From IMG/VR virus record IMGVR_UViG_3300042914_002167: 64,000 nucleotides of DNA. One strand, written 5' to 3'. The notes below the pieces were generated by a model that had not been told where the DNA came from, searched no databases, and saw nothing but the letters and a program-made list of their open reading frames with translations. Position numbers and translations under genes: made by a program. Below, piece by piece: positions 10,342 through 19,379 of the stretch. Position 1 is the first letter of the stretch, and every line of letters starts with the position of its first letter. This DNA is from a virus.

Positions 10342-13300
10342 ATGGGCCGTTATATAGGTGTTCCTGAATCTCTGATAACGGAGATTGAAAATATTGTTCC
10401 AGTCGCAAGACGATTCAATAATCGGTGTCTATACACAACTCCCGGCACATATACATTCACTGTACCTGTTGGTGTAACTTGTATTAATGCTGTCGCGGTA
10501 GGTCCTGGTGGCACTCAATGCTCTATTTTAGAGTGCATGATTACATGCGGAACTATTGCTTGTTTATCAACATCTATGTGTGTCATAAAAAAGTTTCACG
10601 ATGACGCTGGATCTACATGCATGTTATCATCTGTTGCGCGAGATCCTGTTGAAAATATATGCACATGTGCATTTGAAGTCTGTAGGTACCTGTGTTCTAC
10701 TACATTAAAGGACCGTTGGTCAATATATATTGACCAAGGCACCTCCGGTTGCTACATGTGCGCAGGAGGAAAAACAGATTTCACTAATCAGACGATGAAG
10801 TTTTCTTATTTTCCGTCAGGTCCTGGTGGAGGATATACAGAAAAAGCTGCAAATACTGTAGCTGGATGCACATATACCGTAATTGTTGGGCAGAATTGCT
10901 CTGTGGGTGGATTCTCATGTGTAAGTGGTCAGAACGTAAGCATCTGCGCGACAGGACCCATCATGGTAAGTTGCGCTGGTTTGGTAGATGCAAATAATTC
11001 TACATTTTATAATATTAGCGGCACATGGCGGACACCAGATGCATGGAATTACATGGACACATGCAGCATTTCCACAAGCTGCAGCGGCACCACGCCGTGG
11101 TGCTGTTTTGCGTGTTTTAGTAAATGTGGCAGTCGGGGCGAACTCGCATATTGTATAGAATCTCGCTGGTGTGCATGTGTAGCCCAGGGGCAAGGCTTTG
11201 GTGGAGATATTAATCGTACTGGAGGATTTTGTTGCCTATCATACACAACGCAATTATTAACATCTAATCCTTGCTATCCCTGTGGAGTTCTTACAGGATG
11301 TTGCTCAAGTGTCCTTGGGACAGGATCTATTTTTGCATGCGGCGCCGCCGCATGCACTACTACAGGAGGATATACAACAAACAATTGTTGTGGTGCCTCG
11401 GTATTTTGTTGCATACTTTGCACACCTTTTGTTAGCTCTTGCGGCACGGGTAGTATAGGAACATTTATTTTATCCATGTGCATGTATAAGCGCATTACGC
11501 AATACTGCACACCTCTGGACGTCATCAGCGGCGCCTGCACAGCCTGCATATTCCAAAATAATTGCGCGTATTTCACTTTCTCACAATCATCAAGAGAAAC
11601 AGGAAATACTATTTCATGCATAACTAATTTTAACTTCAATTCTCCTGGAAATTTTAATCCTTATTGTAGCATCAAAGCAGGATGCACTGGTTGCATATCT
11701 ACGACTTTGTGTCACTGCACATGTATGCTTGTATGTGATATTACTTGTCCTGGCAGTGTGTCCGGCGGCAGTGCTTCTAGACAAACGATTTGCGGTGGAT
11801 GGCACACATTCATTTATGATTGGAAGGGTATAACTCCTGAAACTTCTGGTGGATGGTGTGGTAATCCATACTACTGTATGAATTGTGTATTGGTTGGTAA
11901 TACATGTAATCGTTTCAAATTTGGAGGAAGTTCTGCAGGTAATTTTTATGGTAATGGCGTTTCTGCCCTTAACGATTCTAATGTATATACTTTGTGCTGC
12001 AATAGAAATTTTGGACACTGTGACACAACTCCAGCAACAGTCGCTACAGTTTGTAATATGAATGGGCTTGCGAATATTACGTGTATGGCAGCGCAGGTGA
12101 CGACACCAGAAGCAACTACCATGTGCCTCGGGCCCTGTGCTTTTATGCCATTCTTGTACAACATATCTACTTGGTGGCGCCACGACACCGGCAACTGCTG
12201 TACTTATTCACTAGGTACACCATCACTAAGTTGTCAATGCAAAACGCCAATTCTTTATGGTATTCCTGTATATGAATGTTCAACATCGTGTAATTGTGAT
12301 ATGTATTCTTTCCCCACAACAGGAACATGTACTGTTCTGGACATGTTTAGGGTACATCCATTGCCTGGAATTTCTAGACATTCATCTATTTCAAATCACA
12401 AAAGCAATGCATATCATGATATGTTTATTAATTGGGCTGGTAATGTTATGTTCAATAACTTGCAAGCTGGTGCGGGGTGTACATGTTTTGCAACAGCTTG
12501 CACTTGCTGCAATAGATTTTCGCCTTATTACCTCAATGCAGGCTTCAACGGACTGTGCTTTGCACCATGTGGCGAGTTCAGGATTGTGCCTGCAAAAACT
12601 TGCATGAAATATTATTCAACAGTTGCTTGCGTTCCTTTAGATTGCTGTGGTTCATGTGGTCCAAATCCACTTGTAACTGTTGTGCCACTTACAAGTGGCA
12701 CTAGAGATTTTGTGTCATATAATTTCTTTTGCAATTTGTGCACAACAGTCATGGTGCAAACTGCGGGATATAATTGCAGATATTATGGGCTTAATTGTTA
12801 CTGGCCATGTGCATTGTGTTATGATTTCTGTAATACTACATGCAGAGTCAACAATTTGAATCCTTTATTGAATTTGTACGATTACATTTGCTCAAACCCA
12901 GAAGATCGTTCAACAGGATCTACACCAACATGCGTTGGCATTAATACTCCATTCTGTCATTTGTTGACATTTGGTTCCATGATACCATTGAATACTAACA
13001 GCATTCTAACTAATTTTTATTTCCCTCAAGCAACGACGGTGTGTTGTGTTTATAAATCTTCAGACAAAATTACTGTAAATGATGCTCTTTATAATGCGCA
13101 ATACGTACACAATTTTGGATATTGTTTGATTAACACTCGGGTTAACCCAGCCGTATGGCAGGGCGGCGGGTGCGGTGTAGCCTGTCACACCTGGAATAGG
13201 ATTGTTGCACTATCTCAAATTTGCTTTGACCAGTGTAAAGTATCTGGTATATGTAATTGCAGTTTGGCTGCATGCTGTTATTATGCTCAGGGTGGCGCTG

Positions 13301-14424
13301 GTATTGGAACAGCAGGCATTTGGGGAGAAGGTACTGTTTCATGTAATCTAACTTCTTCGGGTGGTGGTAACATTAAGTGCCTATCTCACTGCTTAAATCT
13401 TCAAGCGACATATTGCAATTGCTCTATGGGTTGCTGTTGGTTGCAGAATTTACCTTGTGCAGCTGGCTGGGGAATGAATTCTACCCTAGCGCAAATAACA
13501 ATATGTGACACATTAAATTGTGGTTCAGGTGCAATTATTTCACCAAATTGGACAGCATATCAATGCTGCGCCGGTGTATTATGTGTACCCGCTCCATGCG
13601 GCAATGCAACTATACCCAATCAAGCGGGTGTTCCTGGCACTGGGCATCTTGCATCAATTACTGTGTTGTGTGGCGGTATTAACTACAGTACTTCAACAAA
13701 TACTTGTGCGCAATTAACTCCTTGTATGTGTGTGGCGTCAACTTATAGTAGTACACCTTGGCGATCAGAAATTGACCGCTTGCTGACCACTCTACCCTGC
13801 TGTAACGCGCCGGTCTGGTGTAATAACGGGTGTCCATTCACATTTACTGCTGCTGGACCGCTGTGTGGTTTACCAGTAATTACTCCTGCAATGTGCGTGT
13901 GTGTTGTCACACCATTTTCTAATTATTCCAATGTGGTTGCAACATATGCAGAAGGCTCTGGCGGTGGATCAAAGACAGGAATTCCGTCTTGTGCCAAGTA
14001 TTCATCAATCACCGAATCTTCATCAATTGTGTCTGTATCGCCAGCTAGAGGTGGTAGAGGCAATGAAGCTCCATATGATCCGTATTACTTTTCGTATCCT
14101 GGAATTAGCGCAAGAATTAATACACCTAAATCTCCAGCGACATACGTTGGAGATAATGTGTCAGGTTGCTCATGGTTTGATACAAATCAGATTTTAGGAT
14201 CAGGCGGTAATGGCACATTTTGTTCTGAAAAGTACGCTTGTATCTTTGTTCAGGGTCCAGGTCCTGGAGGCGGTGGCGCAAACGGGATAACAGCAACTGG
14301 TACAACTTTCGCTACTGGTGGTGTTCTGGGAGGAGGTGCTGGCTGCTGCGGCGCAGGTGGTGCTGGAGGTGGTGCTGGATGGAATGGTACACCAGGCAAT
14401 GGTATGGTAGTAATCTACTGGTAA
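10342..14424 (+). CDS. Giant cysteine-rich, glycine-rich-domain tail fibre/adhesin-like protein
   Basis: 1360 aa, about 140 Cys by hand count; N-terminal YTTPGTYTFTVPxGVTxIxAVAVGPGG and C-terminal GGAGGGAG..GNGMVVIYW match phage glycine-rich fibre-tip domains. Confidence 0.7.
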   Translation: MGRYIGVPESLITEIENIVPVARRFNNRCLYTTPGTYTFTVPVGVTCINAVAVGPGGTQCSILECMITCGTIACLSTSMCVIKKFHDDAGSTCMLSSVARDPVENICTCAFEVCRYLCSTTLKDRWSIYIDQGTSGCYMCAGGKTDFTNQTMKFSYFPSGPGGGYTEKAANTVAGCTYTVIVGQNCSVGGFSCVSGQNVSICATGPIMVSCAGLVDANNSTFYNISGTWRTPDAWNYMDTCSISTSCSGTTPWCCFACFSKCGSRGELAYCIESRWCACVAQGQGFGGDINRTGGFCCLSYTTQLLTSNPCYPCGVLTGCCSSVLGTGSIFACGAAACTTTGGYTTNNCCGASVFCCILCTPFVSSCGTGSIGTFILSMCMYKRITQYCTPLDVISGACTACIFQNNCAYFTFSQSSRETGNTISCITNFNFNSPGNFNPYCSIKAGCTGCISTTLCHCTCMLVCDITCPGSVSGGSASRQTICGGWHTFIYDWKGITPETSGGWCGNPYYCMNCVLVGNTCNRFKFGGSSAGNFYGNGVSALNDSNVYTLCCNRNFGHCDTTPATVATVCNMNGLANITCMAAQVTTPEATTMCLGPCAFMPFLYNISTWWRHDTGNCCTYSLGTPSLSCQCKTPILYGIPVYECSTSCNCDMYSFPTTGTCTVLDMFRVHPLPGISRHSSISNHKSNAYHDMFINWAGNVMFNNLQAGAGCTCFATACTCCNRFSPYYLNAGFNGLCFAPCGEFRIVPAKTCMKYYSTVACVPLDCCGSCGPNPLVTVVPLTSGTRDFVSYNFFCNLCTTVMVQTAGYNCRYYGLNCYWPCALCYDFCNTTCRVNNLNPLLNLYDYICSNPEDRSTGSTPTCVGINTPFCHLLTFGSMIPLNTNSILTNFYFPQATTVCCVYKSSDKITVNDALYNAQYVHNFGYCLINTRVNPAVWQGGGCGVACHTWNRIVALSQICFDQCKVSGICNCSLAACCYYAQGGAGIGTAGIWGEGTVSCNLTSSGGGNIKCLSHCLNLQATYCNCSMGCCWLQNLPCAAGWGMNSTLAQITICDTLNCGSGAIISPNWTAYQCCAGVLCVPAPCGNATIPNQAGVPGTGHLASITVLCGGINYSTSTNTCAQLTPCMCVASTYSSTPWRSEIDRLLTTLPCCNAPVWCNNGCPFTFTAAGPLCGLPVITPAMCVCVVTPFSNYSNVVATYAEGSGGGSKTGIPSCAKYSSITESSSIVSVSPARGGRGNEAPYDPYYFSYPGISARINTPKSPATYVGDNVSGCSWFDTNQILGSGGNGTFCSEKYACIFVQGPGPGGGGANGITATGTTFATGGVLGGGAGCCGAGGAGGGAGWNGTPGNGMVVIYW

Positions 14425-14442
14425 TCTACTAGAGTACATAAA

Positions 14443-14470
14443 ATGTCAAGGGAGATATCTCCCTTGACAT
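14443..14470. repeat. Perfect 28-bp palindrome overlapping the -35 box
   Basis: ATGTCAAGGGAGAT-ATCTCCCTTGACAT. Confidence 0.9.
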
Positions 14471-14492
14471 GCGATGGCAGATGCTATATAAT
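14464..14492 (+). promoter_or_regulatory. Consensus sigma70 promoter for the GT9-carbamoyltransferase operon
   Basis: TTGACA (14464-69), 17 nt, TATAAT (14487-92). Confidence 0.85.
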
Positions 14493-14543
14493 GTATGAAA
14501 CGAAAAACACGTTTTTCGTGCTTTAATCATTTTTGGAGTTATT

Positions 14544-15485
14544 ATGAAAAAAAGAAAAGTGTTTTATATTGACGGCGGCGCTGGGCGCGTGATCGCAGCA
14601 ATTCCAGCATTAAAAAAATACGCAAAGTTGCATCCTTCCGATGATTGGGGTGTTGTAATTGCCGGATGGGATAATCTTTTGTGGGGTATTCCTGAGCTAC
14701 AAGAGCGCACATATAGCACAGACACGAAAGGATTGTTCAAGAATTTCTTGATTGATGCTGACATAGAAACACCAGAACCATATCGTGTCAATGGATATTT
14801 TCAACAAAAACTTTCACTAGCAGAAGCGTTTGATTTTGAAATCAATCGCACCGATGATCACTCCAATCTCGGCGTACCCCAGATGATTCTCAGCAAGGCT
14901 GAAGAGAAACAAGCATCTAATGTTGTGGCTGATGTTAAACAACAGCAGGGTAAAAATATCACTTTAGTGATTCAACCCTTTGGGCGATCAGCCCGTCTTG
15001 ATCGCACAGACATCATTGATGATAGTTCGCGTTCACTAGAACCTCAAGCATATCTTTCACTCGCAAAGAAACTCTCAACAAAGTATAATCTGATTTTCTT
15101 TGGAGAGCAACAACTATTCATGCAAGCAGATACATATACATTCAAGCTACAAACAGACTTGCGCGGCTGGGCAGCAATTGTTGAATGTGCAGACTATTTT
15201 GTTGGCGTTGATTCTGTCGGGCAACATATGGCAAGAGCATTCAACAAACCAGGAACAGTTGTTGTCGGATCAACATTCCCGATAAATACTACATATCCCG
15301 ATTACTTCCAATTGTATGAGAAGCGAGGTATCGAAAAAGTTTATTCACCAATTCGAATTAGCGGATTGGATGGACATCTAGCAGATCGTCTAAATGACCG
15401 TTGCATGGACTTTGATGAAAAAGAAGTTGATGAACTATTCATGAAGATTGTCGGTGACATTGAAAAGAAAGTAAAGGTAAAGTAA
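14544..15485 (+). CDS. GT-B glycosyltransferase, family 9 (ADP-heptose heptosyltransferase)-like
   Basis: FVGVDSVGQHMARAFNKPGTVVVG resembles the WaaC/WaaF VxxDxGxxHxAxAxxxP motif; N-terminal GGAGRVIAAIPAL. Confidence 0.7.
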   Translation: MKKRKVFYIDGGAGRVIAAIPALKKYAKLHPSDDWGVVIAGWDNLLWGIPELQERTYSTDTKGLFKNFLIDADIETPEPYRVNGYFQQKLSLAEAFDFEINRTDDHSNLGVPQMILSKAEEKQASNVVADVKQQQGKNITLVIQPFGRSARLDRTDIIDDSSRSLEPQAYLSLAKKLSTKYNLIFFGEQQLFMQADTYTFKLQTDLRGWAAIVECADYFVGVDSVGQHMARAFNKPGTVVVGSTFPINTTYPDYFQLYEKRGIEKVYSPIRISGLDGHLADRLNDRCMDFDEKEVDELFMKIVGDIEKKVKVK

Positions 15486-15487
15486 AC

Positions 15488-17275
15488 ATGGCATATAATA
15501 TTCTAGCGATTAATCCTGGGCACAATGGCTCTGCTGCATTGTTATCTGATGGAAAAATTAAATACTATGTCGAGGAAGAACGTCTAACCCGCATGAAGTA
15601 TGATGGCAATCCATTCAAAGCAATGATGGATATCATGGGCAAATGGCAAGTAGATGAATTGGTCATTGCGGGCACAGGTCAAGAAACTCATAGTCTTCCT
15701 TGGACAGGTGAAGATTCTTACACCGCACTTGTGCGTAAGTTTTATCCTCAAGTCAAAGTAACAAAGCTAGGGCACGAACATCACCTAGGGCATGCTGCAT
15801 GCGCATTCTACAATTCGGGGTTTGAAGAAGCCATTGCTATCATTGTAGATGGTGCAGGCTCTAAACACAAAGTCAAAGTAGAACTTGAAGAGGGTAAAGA
15901 AGGCGAGACTCCAGAACTTGAAGGCTATGAAGTTGAATCGGTGTATGTGTGTAAGTATCCGCACGAATTCGGTGCAGTATTCAAGTCATATGGATTCAAT
16001 ACTGGCGGATATCAACAATACAAAAATATGCTCTTTGATGATACTGCTGGGATTACAAAGACATATGAAGGAGTTTCTCAATATCTAGGATTTGGATTTA
16101 TCGAAGCAGGTAAGACTATGGGTCTTGCTCCATACGGTAAAGAAGACAAGAACATTCCTAATCTCTTTAATAGGGGCCGTGGTTCTAAGGACATGTTCAT
16201 TCCAGCATATCCTGCAGGATCTTATGTAGACCAAAATCGCAATCCTCAATTCAAGCAAGACGGCGATCCCGGAGCATGGCATACTGATCCGTCAAAACTG
16301 CCCGACATTGCTAAAAATCTTGCATATGCGGTCCAGAGGGATAGTCAAGCACTCTTGCTTGGTTTGATTCAGCAGGCTGTTCAGGTAACCGGTATTAAGA
16401 ATGTGGTGATTGCTGGTGGTTATGGATTGAACTGTGTAGCTAACTACTTCTTGCGCAAGAATCTACCAAAAGACATCAATCTATATTGTGAACCAATTGC
16501 ACACGATGGCGGTACCGCTATTGGTGCAGCTAAACTCTTCTGGCATCTAGGCACTAATTCTACAGAGATTGATCCCCAGACTTCCCTCTATTACGGTCCA
16601 GAGTATAATCCCGAATTCGTTCAGAATGTGTTAGATGCCCACAAAGATCACATAACAGTTGAACCTGCTGATGCTGCTAAGATTGCTCAAATGATTGCAG
16701 ATAAGGAAATTGTGTCTATTTTCCAGGGTCGTTCGGAAGCTGGTCCTCGTGCATTGGGCAACAGATCAATCATCTATGATCCTCGCGATCCTAATGGTAA
16801 AGATCATGTTAATGTAGTCAAGGGAAGAGAGTGGTTCCGCCCATTCGCTGGCTCAGTATTAAAAGAAGATGCTGCTGACTGGTTTGATCTTGCTGGTATG
16901 CAAGAAACTCCACACATGATGTATGCTGTAAATGTTGCCGCCGACAAGATTAAGAAGATTCCGGCTGTGTGTCACGTTGATGATACTTGTCGGGTTCAGA
17001 CTGTGACAGAAGAAAACAACAAGCATTACTATGAATTGATCAAAGCATTCAAAGAGATCACAGGAGTTCCTGTTCTGTTCAACACATCTTTCAATCTTGC
17101 TGGCGATCCATTGGTGGAAACTCCTATTGATGCACTGATAACTATGTACAGATCAAAACTTAAGTATCTGTATATGCCTGAGTTGGGTGTATTGGTGACT
17201 AAGACGATGCCTGATCCAGAACCACCAAAAGAACCTATAGAGGACGAAGCGAAAGATGATACAGTTACCGGTTAA
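15488..17275 (+). CDS. Carbamoyltransferase, NodU/CmcH/TobZ family
   Basis: EEERLTRMK, HHLGHA, GKTMGLAPYG, GGYGLNCVAN, EAGPRALGNRS, KGREWFRPFA, RVQTV, NTSFN motifs. Confidence 0.95.
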   Translation: MAYNILAINPGHNGSAALLSDGKIKYYVEEERLTRMKYDGNPFKAMMDIMGKWQVDELVIAGTGQETHSLPWTGEDSYTALVRKFYPQVKVTKLGHEHHLGHAACAFYNSGFEEAIAIIVDGAGSKHKVKVELEEGKEGETPELEGYEVESVYVCKYPHEFGAVFKSYGFNTGGYQQYKNMLFDDTAGITKTYEGVSQYLGFGFIEAGKTMGLAPYGKEDKNIPNLFNRGRGSKDMFIPAYPAGSYVDQNRNPQFKQDGDPGAWHTDPSKLPDIAKNLAYAVQRDSQALLLGLIQQAVQVTGIKNVVIAGGYGLNCVANYFLRKNLPKDINLYCEPIAHDGGTAIGAAKLFWHLGTNSTEIDPQTSLYYGPEYNPEFVQNVLDAHKDHITVEPADAAKIAQMIADKEIVSIFQGRSEAGPRALGNRSIIYDPRDPNGKDHVNVVKGREWFRPFAGSVLKEDAADWFDLAGMQETPHMMYAVNVAADKIKKIPAVCHVDDTCRVQTVTEENNKHYYELIKAFKEITGVPVLFNTSFNLAGDPLVETPIDALITMYRSKLKYLYMPELGVLVTKTMPDPEPPKEPIEDEAKDDTVTG

Positions 17276-17570
17276 TCTCAGATTGATTGGTAAGCGTAAA
17301 GTTGCGATGGTGCCCTCTCAGAGGGCTACCGAAACAGAGTCTGGGATTCAACTTGCAGTCATCAATACAAAGCATGAATACAAGCGATGCATCGTAATTC
17401 AAGTGACTGACGATATCACTGACATTAGAGTTGGTGATGAAGTACTCGCGAATTGGAGCAAATCCAAAACGGGTACGCTGAAAGGATGGAGCGAAGAGTT
17501 GCGATCTAGCTATGATATCATGGTACACCTTCTAGACGAAGACGATATCTTAGCGATATACGAAGACTAA
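17256..17570 (+). CDS. GroES-like co-chaperonin
   Basis: TESGIQL mobile loop, IRVGDEV, LLDEDDILAI. Confidence 0.75.
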   Translation: MIQLPVNLRLIGKRKVAMVPSQRATETESGIQLAVINTKHEYKRCIVIQVTDDITDIRVGDEVLANWSKSKTGTLKGWSEELRSSYDIMVHLLDEDDILAIYED

Positions 17571-17598
17571 AAAAAAGGGGCTTTAAGCCCCTTTTTTT
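17570..17598. terminator. Bidirectional intrinsic terminator between convergent operons
   Basis: A-tract, GGGGCT/AGCCCC stem, T-tract. Confidence 0.9.
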
Positions 17599-18511
17599 AT
17601 TGCGCGAAGAATTCTTTGACTGATCTAAATGGAGTTGTCACTCCTGCGTTTCGCAGTTTCGTTAAGTCTGCACATGTCCAGTATTGATATGAGTTTTTGT
17701 ATTGATCTGGGAATGGTACTGTCACGATGTTAGCGCCTTGATTTTTCGCGACAATCATTGCAACTTCTTTGAAACTGATTGGATTACCAGTGCCGATGTT
17801 GAATATACCACTATTCATTCTATTGAATGCTAAGTCAAGTTTTGCTTGCACCACATCATCTACATATACAAAGTCACGGAAGATATTTTCTGATCCTTCA
17901 AACAGTTGAATTTGATTAGTTTCTTTTGCTTGAATTTTGAATTTTGTGATTGGACTTGCTTGATCACCCTTATGGTATTCATTTGATCCATATACATTGA
18001 AGTATCGTAAGCCCTGGACATTAAATTCCATGTTTGGGAAATAATCAGAATTTATAATCTTCTTGACTTTATTGTCAAAAAGAAGTTTACTGAATGCATA
18101 TGGTGTTTGAGGATTCGTAGGAGCAATCTCAGGTATTCTAACATTTGGAGGGACATTACCATATACACTTGCACTAGATGCATATTGAAATGGGATTTTG
18201 TTTATAAACGCCTGACCAAATAACTTTTCGGAGAATTGATAGTTGCGTTTCATTATAAGAGAACCATTCATTTCTCTAGTAGAAGATATTGCTCCTTCAT
18301 GAAATATGAACTTCAGTGATTTCCAGTCGTCAAAACGACCAAAAAATTCATCTACATCATAATAATTTGAAAACTCACATGAATTCAAATTTAACATTTT
18401 AGCACCATTGGTCAAATCATCTACTACAATAATATCAGTTATGCCTCTAGAGTTGAGTATGCGTATCAGATTTGAACCAATAAAGCCGAAGCCGCCTGTA
18501 ACTAAAATCAT
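17597..18511 (-). CDS. hldD: ADP-L-glycero-D-manno-heptose 6-epimerase
   Basis: MILVTGGFGFIGSN, IFHEGAISST, YASSASVYG, YAFSK, GLRYFNVYG..HKG, RDFVYVDD, YQYWTCADLTKLR. Confidence 0.9.
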   Translation of the reverse strand: MILVTGGFGFIGSNLIRILNSRGITDIIVVDDLTNGAKMLNLNSCEFSNYYDVDEFFGRFDDWKSLKFIFHEGAISSTREMNGSLIMKRNYQFSEKLFGQAFINKIPFQYASSASVYGNVPPNVRIPEIAPTNPQTPYAFSKLLFDNKVKKIINSDYFPNMEFNVQGLRYFNVYGSNEYHKGDQASPITKFKIQAKETNQIQLFEGSENIFRDFVYVDDVVQAKLDLAFNRMNSGIFNIGTGNPISFKEVAMIVAKNQGANIVTVPFPDQYKNSYQYWTCADLTKLRNAGVTTPFRSVKEFFAQ

Positions 18512-19242
18512 ATGGATTGCGCAAATGCTAATAAATTATCAAACACATTTGTCTTTGATTTTAGAACGCGATTTGCGAATGTGTTTAATTCTGTGAGAGT
18601 TTTTTGCCCGTTGCCAGTGAGCACCAGTATTGGTTTTGCACCTGCTCTATCCGCTGCTTTCAGATCAGCGAGTTTATCTCCAACATACCATCCTTGCTTC
18701 CAATTGACTTTCTGTTCATCCCGCGCACGATTGAACATTCCAATATTAGGCTTTGCAAATATATCGTTTTTCAACGAAGATGTTGAATAATACAGACCAT
18801 CAATACTGAAAATGCCAGCTTCACCAAACATCCTCATCATTCCATTATGTACTTCATCAACTTGCTCAATTGTTTGTTTTTTTTCATAGATTCCACTCTG
18901 ATTTGTCAATATAGTAAGACGATGACCCTTCAAGCGAAGCATACGAATTGCTTCAAGACTGCCTGGAATAGGTTTCACTTGACTGAAATCAGTGATGTAT
19001 GTTCCGATATCTTCAATGATAGTTCCATCACGTTCTAGCCCAACAATGTTTTTAGGAAATACAGTAGGCCACTGGCGTTGGGCTTCTTGCATTTTAGCCT
19101 GCTGCTGTTGAATATCACTTGAAAACTGATACTGTTGATTTCCTTGATATCCGCCAGACGAATAATTGCTACTTGCATATGTTGGTATCTGCGTTTGTGG
19201 TATTGCTTGGGGCATTACGACAGAAGAATTGAATCGTCCCAT
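18508..19242 (-). CDS. gmhB: D,D-heptose 1,7-bisphosphate phosphatase (HAD), atypical
   Basis: LERDGTI, TNQSGI, KPNIGMF, VGDKLADLKAA, LVLTGNG; Gln-rich N-terminal extension. Confidence 0.8.
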   Translation of the reverse strand: MGRFNSSVVMPQAIPQTQIPTYASSNYSSGGYQGNQQYQFSSDIQQQQAKMQEAQRQWPTVFPKNIVGLERDGTIIEDIGTYITDFSQVKPIPGSLEAIRMLRLKGHRLTILTNQSGIYEKKQTIEQVDEVHNGMMRMFGEAGIFSIDGLYYSTSSLKNDIFAKPNIGMFNRARDEQKVNWKQGWYVGDKLADLKAADRAGAKPILVLTGNGQKTLTELNTFANRVLKSKTNVFDNLLAFAQSI

Positions 19243-19320
19243 TTATCTATCTCCCGAGTTTTTCGTAAAAAATACTTCACATGACCATGATTTACTATCA
19301 ACGATTTTAAGTCTTTCCAT
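19243..19320 (-). pseudogene. 25-codon remnant of a cupin gene (MERLKIVDSKSWSCEVFFTKNSGDR)
   Basis: GGAG SD; stop abuts gmhB ATG; resembles N-terminus and C-terminal tail of the cupin at 47636. Confidence 0.55.
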
Positions 19321-19350
19321 ATAATTCTCCATACCAATTTAAGCAAAAAC

Positions 19351-19379
19351 ATAATAACATATTTAGCAGCACCAGTCAA
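19351..19379 (-). promoter_or_regulatory. sigma70 promoter for the gmhB-hldD operon
   Basis: Minus strand TTGACT, 17 nt, TATTAT with extended TG. Confidence 0.75.

Noticed and set aside
6375-14424. Diversity-generating retroelement acting on fibre genes
   Set aside because: No reverse transcriptase and no TR/VR pair differing at adenines seen in the window
10342-14424. Cys excess as a recoding or frameshift artefact
   Set aside because: Both TGT and TGC are used, the frame is open for 4 kb with recognisable terminal motifs, and other genes translate normally with the standard code
18508-19320. Stop read-through fusing the mini-ORF to gmhB
   Set aside because: TAA is rarely read through and gmhB has its own GGAG SD; the deletion-scar explanation is simpler
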